NCBI GenBank assembly: GCA_043228905.1
Contig: JBHGNT010000009.1
Coordinates: 12,276,001-12,340,000 of the forward strand
Length of the DNA stretch: 64,000 nucleotides
Reading direction: 5' to 3'
Source: Azolla caroliniana
Lineage: Eukaryota > Plantae > Polypodiophyta
The notes beneath the pieces were generated by a model. The model was not told where the DNA came from. It ran no database searches and saw nothing but the letters and a program-made list of their open reading frames with translations. How positions within the stretch are numbered: position 1 is the first letter of the stretch; every line of letters begins with the position of its first letter. The translations under genes and the position numbers were made by a program. Shown here one piece after another: positions 13,804 through 24,038 of this stretch.

Positions 13804-16023
13804 CTAAACACACACACACACATTGACAATTGCCATCACCATCTTTCTCCTTGTCAACACAAAGAAAGAGGTTACTACAGTTATTATGTCTTTGTCAACT
13901 CTCCATACACAAGTAGGGCAATGGGATACATAACTCTTGATAGAAGTAAGCATGTCAACATATGAATGAATGTTTCGAGCAAGCGAACTTTGCACAAATA
14001 CCTTCAAAGCGTCGAGACTTGTTGGAATGATCATCTTTTGAATTACGTTGATCTTTGAATCATCCACATCTTCTTGGCACAACACATTGTCCACACTACC
14101 TTGTTTTGTATAAATGACCATTTGATCTACAATCTCATCTCGGAAAGGAAGTGAAATTTTATCTCGTTTGGTCGAATCATTCAAGGGTTTGAAATTGATC
14201 TCATTCTTCTTTGGAACCAAAACTATAGGTGACACACACTTCAAATCTTCCATCTTATAATTGGAACTTTCTTGTAACCATGCGTTGAACTCCTGCATAA
14301 ATTCTTCCTTTTGTTCAACACTCAATTGCCGAAGCTTTGGGGAAATTGATACACTTTCCTTCAAGTTGATGTGGTATTTGTTGCAAGCTTCTCCTCTTAT
14401 CCCAAAACACTTGATGAACACATCCTCCACTATGCTTGTGCAATGCACCACTCCACTATCTACTACAACCACCCTTGCTGAATATGACCTACTAATAGGA
14501 ATTCCCACTTTGTTTACTACAAATTCAGAAATCAAGCTTACCCTAGCACCACTATCAACCAAGGCATCTTTGATGTGAAAACCTTTGATGGAGACTGGGA
14601 TGGTTGGACGTATGTCATTTCGATCTTCTACTTGCACAATCCCCACATAATGCACGGTCTTCCTAGTTTGGCGGATACTTGAAAGCTTTCCCCACTCCTT
14701 TCGTAATGTGGGAGATATTTGGACAAGTTGTGGCAATTCATGCTTCCGATTGAAAGCTTCTACACCTTCTCTCATAGGATTATCCTCCATCTTTATCCTT
14801 GGTCCACTCGATATCAATTCATGCTTTCGATTGAAAGCTTCTACACCTTCTCTCATAGGAATATCCTCCATCTTTATCTTCCTTTAAGAGTGTCTCCTTC
14901 TCAATTTCTCCTCTTCCTCATTCTCCTTAGACTTCTTCTTTTCTCTCGAGGCACTAGATTCTCCATCAACTTCTTTCTCCTTTTGTGAGGCTCTTGTCCT
15001 TTTCACAGGAGCTACTTCACAAGCACTATCACTATCATCAATAAAATTAAGAAGATTCACATTATGAGGAATTCTAGGAACCTAAGCCATAGGAAGTGTT
15101 ATGGATTCGCCTCCTTCGACTCCATTGTTGATAGCTCGTTGTCCATTCCGTTGCACTTGACACATGCCTCTTTGTTGTCGATGAGGAAATCTTGTTGAGA
15201 TGTGTCCCTGCTCTTGACAAGAATAAAAAATTACACCTTGATGCTGTCTAGAGCCACCACCATCGGGAATAATGTTGTGAATTTCTTGGGATTGTCGCAA
15301 GTGGGCCATCACTTCATCAAAGCGTCGATTCACCAATGCCATTGTATCTTGTTCACTCTTCACTCGTTCCACTTCTTGAGATATACTTGTTGGATTTGTT
15401 GTTGTTGTGGTATACACATTTGGAAACACTTGTCTACTATGCACAATTGATGATGAGGCTTGAAAGTTGGCACGAGGCATCAAATTTGCACCCAAAGCCA
15501 TCATTTGGGGGTACCCCATGGAACTCATCATCTTCACTTGTCGATCATAACCTTGACAAACTTGGAGAAGAGCTTGAAAAGTTGTTGGATCCTTCAAGCT
15601 TGCCTCCAAATGGAAATGCATGTCAAGGCCCATCTTGAATCATTCTATCTTAAACCACTCGTCTTCAATGACACCACAAAGACGAATCCACATCATCCAC
15701 AAATCCTTGAAATTTCTTTCATACTGTATGAAACCAAAAGGTGATTCCATCTTTAGTTGAAAAGACTCCTCTCTTACTTCCGTTTCACTTCGCCGTGGAA
15801 TGTATCTAGAACCAAACTGGTGTACCAACAATTGATATTCTCCTTGTTAGTTTGGTGGGAGAGAGTCATACCAATCTCGAGCTCGACCATAGAATGTAGC
15901 TACCAACAAGGGCAACTTTTCATTGTCGGTGACACGTCCAATAGAGACGACATGATGCTCAACGGATGCCAAAAAGGCACCAGCATCTTGTGTTCTTTCA
16001 CCCGAAAATGCGAACTGCATAAC
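13804..16023 (-). pseudogene. Gag remnant plus condensed pol ORF (13804-14871) of the 5086-16832 element
   Basis: Gag-like GRARDWYDSL and a degenerate knuckle. PR ALVDSGARVSLI, RT N-terminus VSPIVLVPKKN...PLNDSTKRD and integrase CPTC remnant are present; no YxDD. Confidence 0.8.
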
Positions 16024-16108
16024 TAAGTTAATGTAGTATAGTAACACAAAGAAAGGATAAGTTCTCCCTCCTATAGGAAAAGGATCGACCCTCCCTGGAG
16101 CGCCAAAA

Positions 16109-16832
16109 TGATAGGGTGTATAAGACAAATGATAGTCATACACAATATGGGGGCTTGACCAAACCGATTAGATGGAGTTGTGAATTATAATAGATTATAT
16201 AGATCTAGGTAACTACAATTTAGAGAGGAAAACTCAAGAAATTAAGATAAAAGGTAGGGAAGATGAGAAAGAGATAAGAATGTTATAATATTCCACTTCA
16301 AGTCAATACAAAGAGGATAAACCCCACAATGAACTTAAAAACCAAAGCCCTTCTTACTACCCATCACTCAAACCCACTCCTAAGAACCATCTTCTTCCAC
16401 GAAGATACCTCTTCCTAAGACTCCTCATCTATTAGGATCCTTTCTCTATTAGGACCCCTTCTCTATTAGGATCCCTCCTCCTCTATTAGGACCCCTTCTC
16501 TATTAGCACTCCTCCTTCCTCTATTACTTGCTCTTTTATAATTTTCTTCTTCCTCCTCATTCACGCTATTTTTAGAATCTTTTTATCTCCTATTTTTAGC
16601 TAAGACCTAGAGACCTTCTAATTGTCATATCTCCCTTAGGAGTTATAACCATTCCTTTTTTACTGTTTTTTATGGCTCGCTTTTTCTCTTTTTACTTTTC
16701 TCTTGGTCTCTTACTTTTACTTTTGACTTCTTCCTAAGGTCTTGGTTCATGTTCTTAGCCTCCAAATGTGAATTATCCATACTTTATATTCTTCTAATGT
16801 TCAATGGCTTCGATTCTAAAAACACTTTCACA
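16109..16832 (-). repeat. 5' LTR (724 bp) with short CTATTAGGA-type tandem repeats at 16428-16525
   Basis: TGTGAAAG...CTATCA followed by TTT and the PBS. Confidence 0.8.
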
Positions 16833-16839
16833 GCTAGAA

Positions 16840-17810
16840 TTAGTTGTTTAACTCTTCTTCTAACTGACTAAGGACATCAAATTTGTTTGATAGGTTTGGG
16901 CTATTAGTACTATTAGGATTATCATATATTCCTAATGAAATAGACTCGGGTTTAGTACAATTAGAACTAGCAACTATTTGGTTTACTTGTCTTCTTGGCC
17001 TATGGGGACAATTCACTGCAATATGGCCTAGACCACCGCAATAAAGACATAGTCGATTTGCTCGGTGCCGCTGCTTTTCTTCTTCCAATAATGGTCTGCA
17101 ACGACGTCTAGTGTCAATTTCCATCGAAGTTGGAGTATTCACTAGAGATGCATTATATGACTCTCATGGAAAAGGTTTTGCTACCACTGAGGTGTAGGTG
17201 GGCTCTGATCTTGCCCTTGGCATCTGGAATTGACGTTCTGAACGTCGATCGAAAAGACGGTTGTCGCATCTCACCACGCAACTGATTGCTTCTATCAACG
17301 ACTTTGGTTCTTCGGGGAAGGTCAAGAGTAAATCCTTGACATCGTTACGTAGACCATAACGAAATTGTTCCATTAGTGCTTGGTCATCTCAGGGGATATC
17401 AAAGGCGAGTAGGCGGAAATCTGCAACGTATGCGGAGGCTGGACGATCACCTTGACTTAATCATCGGATTTTGTTGATTGTTGTCCTTATGCTGTTAGTA
17501 TCTTCAAAACAGGCTTTAAACTCACTTAAAAACTCTTCAAAATTGTTTAGTAAAGGAGATTCCTTTTCTAACAATGGAGTGAACCATGCCAAAGCTGAGC
17601 TACTTAACAACGTGCATTTGAATGTCTAATTGTACCTGATTAAGGAATCCTCTAAACTGCGATCGCGTTCCATCAAATTTCATAGGAAGGCCGATCTTGG
17701 GTTCTTTATGAATCCCTTGTGTACTGAGTCCTTGTTGTTGCATCGCTACTATGGTTGCTTTGATTTGTTGCACGCGTAACGCTAGTTCCCGATGTTGTTG
17801 TTGCATCTAC
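16840..17810 (-). pseudogene. gag: Chromovirus gag (Tcn1/PEG10-type)
   Basis: EPKIGLPMKFDGTRSQFRGF, FRYGLRNDVKD, SMEID, CLYCGGLGHIAVNCP; stops and frameshifts. Confidence 0.9.
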
Positions 17811-18154
17811 TACTTTTCTAAGGAGATTTGTTGAAGCTCCCCCAACAGTCGTTGATTTTCTTGTTCCAATGCGAGAAACTTCTCTTTCCAGCATTGCAAT
17901 TCCGAAAAAAGGGATTGATATTCTTGAGTGCTAACAGTGACCATAGTATGAGAGAAAAGAGGAATAAGAGATTAGTATGAAGGGATGGAGAAGTAAGAAG
18001 ATAAACAAAGAGAAGGAAGGAGACCGAAACCGGCTCAAACTATCAGGAAAAGTACTAAGACAGAGAAGGAATTTGTATTGAAAGAGGAGGATTAGTACTA
18101 AGGGAGGTGTAGAACTCTCCAAAGAAGGAAAGAGTGTGTGTGAGAGAGAGAGAC

Positions 18155-18453
18155 TGATGATAACAAAAGATATATATTATGTTAAGAGAATATACAATAG
18201 TAGCTAGGAGGCTTAAGACTGGTGTTGAACCGATTTGGTTCGAAATAATGCCTTGTGCCTCCTTTTATAGTGTTCTCAGGAGTACTCCTCAAGTTTCTAG
18301 AATGTTCTAGAGAAATCTGGAATATACATCAATTTTCTATAGTAAAACTTAAATGAAAATAATATCCTTCGTATTACAACATATAGTCTAATGTTCAAGA
18401 GCTCGACCCATGTAACATAAGGTCATGGGTTCTAGTCTTGCCATATCATGAAA
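18155..18453 (-). repeat. 5' LTR of the Tcn1-like element (inner boundary uncertain)
   Basis: Matches 803-1011. Terminal TG is mutated. No tRNA PBS recognised. Confidence 0.7.
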
Positions 18454-18703
18454 ATTGCTATCATGACAATTCCAAATGAAGAGTGTGCCTGGGTAATCAA
18501 TTCTGATGCATCATTCCATATAACTCCCTCAATAGAGTGCTTCTCATCTTACATAGTTGGGGACTATAGCTATGTAAGGATTGGAGATAATGGAGAATGC
18601 AAGATAGTTGGACTTGGAAGTGTATGCCTGACAACGTCGACCGGTTGTTGGTTGGTTCTCAGGGATGTTCGACATGTGCCTGATATCAGGCTGAATCTCA
18701 TAC
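18454..18703 (+). pseudogene. Copia protease fragment
   Basis: AWVINSDASFHITP...LRDVRHVPDIRLNLI. Confidence 0.85.
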
Positions 18704-21700
18704 TGTAGAAACTAACGTGCGGAAGCAAGTATGAAGACCGAACAGAAGGAAGGAAACTCAGGTTCAATGGAGAGCTTGAGCTTACACGGTATACGCGGGA
18801 GAGATAGAGAGAAGACACAAAAAGCTATATTCAACAATAATACTCAGTCTGTACATAAGACGTGCTCAGTGAACATTTTTATACAAGTCCTAGAAGGACT
18901 GACCGAAGTACTGACAGTACTTCAATGCTCATCAAGAGCTCCTACACTAACTCCCAAATATATTCCTCACGGTCCATCTGATGTAACAACCTCCCGATGT
19001 ACGCACTCGGCCTAACCGATCGGTCCCAACCGATCCGGTCCTCGGCTTCTTCAGCCGAACCGGCCGATGTTGAGCTTGTCTCTCAACACTCCCCCTCAAG
19101 CTCAACTCGAGGCTCTTTGGGATCCTCGGGCTCACAGCTCCAGTTCCTCCTGGCTTCACGCCTTGCTCGCGCTCCTCGACCTGTCCGACTCCGCGCGCTT
19201 TGACCCTTCCAGTCGGCTCGTCTGCTCATGCGGCCCTTATCAACTCTTTTGCTGTTGCGGTGTTGACACTTCTTCTGCTGCCTTTTCTTCCGCTTGGGCC
19301 TCAGTTGATTCAACGTGTCTGAACCAAACATCCGAATCGACTCGGCTACCTCTGATCGGTTTTCGCTCTCGTCTGAGTTGGCTGTCTCCAACTCGTCTTC
19401 GGTCTTCTCGCCTTCGACGGCGTCATCTTCCCCATGCGTGGTTGGCTTCGGCTCTCTCCTTCGGTTGCTCCCCTTCTGTTTGCTTCCGAACTTTTCTGCG
19501 GGTCCGCCCTCGGCTTCATCAGCCGATCCGATGTCGAACTTGTGAACCGACTCGGTGTCGCGGTGTCCGCTCCTTTCCTGTTGCCTTGCTTGGTCGTTCG
19601 GGACTAATCTCCCCCTCAAGTTCGGCACGTCAAGGTGACGCAACTCGAGCGCACCTGAGAATTGCCGCAACTTGTCCAGACCAAGAGGCTTGGTGAAGAT
19701 GTCGGCAGCCTGCCGATCCGTCGGAATGTACTGAAGTTCGACTTCACCGAAAACGACACGCTCACGGACGAAATGGTAGTGCACCTCAATGTGCTTGGTC
19801 CGTGTGTGGAAGACGGGGTTCTTTGCGAGTTGGATGCTGCTGAGGTTGTCGCAGTAGATCGTCGTTGGATCGGTCACCTCCTCTTGCAGGTCCTTAAGTA
19901 GCCGCTTCAACCATATGGCTTCGCATGTCGCGACAGCCGCTCCTCGGTACTCAGCTTCGGTGCTCAACAGAGCAACTGTCGGCTGCTTCTTACTGCACTA
20001 CGCGATCGTGGCACTCCCGAGGGAGAACGCGTATCCAGACGTGGATCGGCGATCGACGGCGTTGCCAGCCCAATCAGCATCGGTGTAGCCGACTAACTGC
20101 GCGGCTGCACCGGTCCGATATAGCAGTCCGCAGTCCTTAGTGCCGCTTACGTACCGAAGTACGCGTTGCGCACACTGAAGGTGCTCCTCGGTAGGTCGCG
20201 CCATGAACTGACTGATCACTCCGACCGGATAACTGAGGTCGGGTCGGGTGATGGTCAAGTATATGAGGCTACCGACAATTTGTCGGAACCTCGTCGGGTC
20301 GCATACCTTTCCCGTATCGGGACGAAGCTTGACGGTTCTGTCCAGAGAAGTCAAGATGGACTTATAGTCGGCCATCCCGAGTTTGAAGAGCAACTCAGCA
20401 CGTAATGACGTTGGCTGATCAATATGCCTTCGGGGGTACGGATCACTTCGATCCCGAGGAAGTAATGAAGGTCCCCCAGATCCTTCATGTCGAACGATGC
20501 CACAAGCTGGAGCTTCACGCGGTCGATTTCACCTAGGTTGGCACCGGTGATGACCAAGTCATCAACATACAGTAAAATACTAACCGGTCCGAGTCGACCT
20601 TTCTGGATGAACAGGGAAGAGTCCGATTTTGACGTGACGAAGCCCAACCGACGCAGTTGTTGCGTGATCTTCGCGTTCCAGGCACGCAGGGCTTGCTTCA
20701 GTCCATAAAGGGACTTCTTCAATCGGCATACTGCCGAGGAGTTCGTTCCAGAGTGAAATCCGGGGGGTTGTACCATGTACACCTGTTCCTCAAGGTCACC
20801 TTGCAGGAACGCATTCTTTACATCCATCTGATGTAAGTGCCACCCCTTGGCCGCAGCTACTGCGAGCAAGACACGGACGGTCGTCATTTTCGCGACCGAC
20901 ACAAATGTCTCATCGTAGTCGATGCCGTGCTTCTGCGCGTAGCCCTTTGCCACTAGCCGAGCCTTGTACCGGTTGACCGAGCCATCGGTGTTGTACTTGA
21001 CCTTGTACACCCACCTACACCCGATTGGTTTTACACCCTTCGGTGCGTCAACCAGGTCCTAGGTCTCATTCTCCGCCAATGCGTGCATCTCTTCCTCCAT
21101 CGCGGTGCGCCAATTCGCGTCCTTCGCCGCTTCTGTGTAGCTCTCTAGCTCACGCACTTCCGCTACACGGGTCATGTACGCATAATGATGCGCCATGTAC
21201 TCGTTGTATCCGAACCGCAAAACAGGATTCTTCTGGCGGGTAGATCGGCGTAATCTCACATTAGCCGATGTCGAGGCCTTCTCAGACGACGCGGCCTTCA
21301 CCTTTAAAGACCCGTCACCGGTTCCCTCGGAGTCGGACTCGCGTCGGTCTGACTCGTTCCTTTCCGTGCTGGAATCCGACACCTTCTTCTTCCCTTTCTC
21401 TTTGCGCGTAAGCCGTCTCCTCGGCTTCCTGCGCGGGGAATGCACGGCCGAGTCTCCACTACTCGCCGGCTCTTCATCGGACTGGTTGTACCGACTCAGT
21501 CGTCCAATCGGTCCACTTAAACGGAGCGAAATCGGACTCTCTTCTCGGGTCTCGATTTTGGGCTCATCCGGAGGCATCTCGGCCTCGCTGACCTCATCGT
21601 CAGAGCTCGGATTGGAGTCAAGGTTCGTAGTCCGGGGCAGGTACCAGGACGCGGACTCGTCAAAGACAACGTCGCGGCTGACACGCGCTTGTTTGGTGCG

Positions 21701-23258
21701 AGGGTTATAACACTTATAACCCTTCTGCTCGTCTGAGTAACCGACGAAGATGCATTTCTCAGCCTTTGCGTCCAGCTTCCTCCTTTTCTCCTTCGGTACA
21801 TGCACATACGCAATGCTACCAAACGCCCTCAAGTGTCGCAAGTTCGGCTTCGTTTCGAAATATAGCTCGTGCGCCGACACTTTGTCTCCGATCCGGTTTT
21901 GGATGTATACCGCGGTCCTTACCGCCTCGGCCTAGTAGAACTTGGGCAAGCTCTTCTCCTCCAGCATTGCCCGTGCCGCTTCCACAACTGACCGATTCTT
22001 TCTCTCGGCCACGCCGTTCTACTCTGGCATGTATCTACAACTGAATTCGCGGCGAATTCCCATTTGTTGTAGGTAACCGTTGAATTGACCGGAAAAGTAC
22101 TCTTTCCCGCCATCCGACCGCAAGCACTTGATCTTTCGTCCCGTTTCGGCTTCCACGAACCCTTTGAGGTCCCGGAAACAGTCGAAGACTTCGCTCTTCC
22201 TCTCAATGAGGTAGGTCCACGTGTGCCGCGTGTGGTCGTCGATGAAGGAGACGAAATATCGGCTCCCGCCAAGACTAACGTTTTGTGCCGGTCCCCATAC
22301 ATCGGAGTGTATAAGGTCGAGCTTGTTCCGGCTCCGGTTTCGCTCGTTGGGGAAAGGAAGTCGGTGTTGCTTCCCGAATTGGCAAGCTTCACAAACTTGT
22401 GCCTTTCGGCCACTAAACTTGGGCAATCCGAACACTACCTGTTTCGATTGCAGATCTTGAAGCCGTTGGTGGTTGACGTGGCCTATCCGCTTGTGCCACA
22501 AGTCGATGTCTGACTCGGTCTATTGTCCCTTCGCGAACATTGCGGTGCCGCCGTCAGTGGAGTCGAGGATGAACTTCCTCCTGTCTCTGCGCCCTTGCGC
22601 AATCACACGTCCTTCTTCCTCAATGAAGCACCCGAGGTGTGTAAACCGAACCTCCATCCCTTGGTCGACGATCTGTCTGACCGAGACCAAGTTTTTCGTG
22701 ATTGTCGGGACGTGCAGCACGTTCACGAGTTTCCCTTTCTGCCCGACATGGCTAAGGGGAACTTCTCCGACATTCGCGATCGGATGCGGAGTGTCGTCTC
22801 CTGTTGCGACTACTCCAGGTTCTATCAGTTTTTCAAGGTACGAGAACCACTCCTTATGGCTCGTCATGTGGTTTGACGCACCGGAGTCTACGTACCACAC
22901 CTCGTCCGATCCCGGGGTGCTTTGTTTAATTGAGTTTGCTTCGTGTCTCATCACGAAGGCAGGTCCTTCTTCGACTCTCCCGGAGTCTTCGGCGTAGTGC
23001 GATCGCTGCCGATTTCCCTTGTCGGTATGTCTGGAGCCGTTTCCAGAACCAGTTCTCTCCGAACCGGCGGGCTTCTTCCAGCACTCACTTTCCTTGTGGC
23101 CTTTCTTGCCACAGTACCAGCACTCCGCGAGGGCCTTCCCTTGCCGGTTCTCATCGCTTCGACTCCCTCTGTTTCCGGAGGGTCCGGAGTTACTGTCGGC
23201 ATCACTTCGGTGCCTTCTTCCTTGATCTCGTCGGCCGCTTCCAACGCGACACCGGCAT
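18704..23258 (-). mobile_element. Bryco/RLC5-like Copia element, 5'-truncated
   Basis: 3' LTR 18704-19088; PPT 19089-19100. Copia domain order with motifs WYVDSGASNHM, WHKRIGH/CEAC, LLYVDD, YTDADWAG, RTKHIEVHYHF. Several stops. The clade name is inferred. Confidence 0.88.
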
Positions 23259-24038
23259 CGAAAGGTGTGTGGGTGTCTCGCATACGTGATGTGGTGAAGG
23301 ACAAGAGAGCAAAGCTGGATCCGAAGTCTTGGCCATGCATATTCCTTGGATATGACGATGATGAATTCGGTTATCGGGTGTGGGATCTGGTCGACAGAAA
23401 GGTGTTTCGGAGTCGGGACATAGTCTTCATGGAAGACAGGACCATTGCCGATTGGGAGTTGGAGAAGAAGGTAACGAACTCCGGATCATCCATTGAAAAC
23501 CGGCTTGAGGACAAAAGGATATACCCGGTTGAAAGCCGGATGTTAGCCGGTAACCGAATGACACTCGACGAACCGGCCGGATTCGGACAAGAAACTAAAC
23601 CGACTAAAGAAGAAGAAGAAGAAGACAGTGGAACCGGACAAGATCACCAATCGGAATCGGATTCGGAACAGATGGAGGAACCGGTAGTCAAAAACCAAGG
23701 ACGGAGATATCCTCTCCGAGAGAGAAGAGCCCCCAGAGATTTCTGGATGCAGAGCGCGTGCTGCTAACCGATGAGGGGGAGCCGGAAAGCTTCGAAGAAG
23801 CAAAGGAGGACCCCCACAACCGCAAGTGGTTGAGTGCCATGCAGGACGAGATGAATTCACTGCATGAGAACCACATGTATGAACTGGTGGAGTTGCCGAA
23901 AGGAAAGCAGGCACTCCGGAATAAGTGGGTGCAGAAGTTGAGACCGGGAGATGCCGGCAACCCCCCAAGGTACAAAGCCAGGATCGTGGTGAAGGGGTTC
24001 TAGCAGAAGAAGGGAGTAGAATTCGACGAGATATTTGC
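23259..24038 (+). pseudogene. Tork-like Copia fragment (integrase C-terminus to RT start)
   Basis: KLDPKSWPCIFLGY...EPESFEEA...YKARIVVKGF. Confidence 0.88.

Larger units (their letters stand above)
5086..16832 (-). mobile_element. Internally deleted Athila/Tat-like Gypsy element inserted between chromovirus gag and pol
   Basis: 5' LTR 16109-16832; PBS TGGCGCTCCAGGGAGGG at 16089-16105 (tRNA-Asn-like); PPT GGGGGAGGGCTAAA at 5531-5544; near-TSD GCTGG (5081-5085) / GCTAG (16833-16837). Confidence 0.75.
803..18453 (-). mobile_element. Tcn1-like chromovirus (Ty3/Gypsy), degenerate, split by an 11.7-kb nested insertion at 5086-16832
   Basis: Matching LTR sequence at 803-1011 and 18244-18453; PPT at 1012-1024; gag 16840-17810; PR-RT-RH-INT-chromodomain 1030-5030. 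The two flanks are different Copia copies, so no valid TSD. Confidence 0.85.

Noticed and set aside
798-18472. ATTCC as the TSD of the chromovirus
   Set aside because: The left LTR is truncated and the two flanks are different Copia copies, each with its own protease motif, so the match is coincidental.
22943-23767. 274-aa ORF as a gene
   Set aside because: A chimera of antisense Bryco gag and a Tork integrase fragment across a deletion junction.
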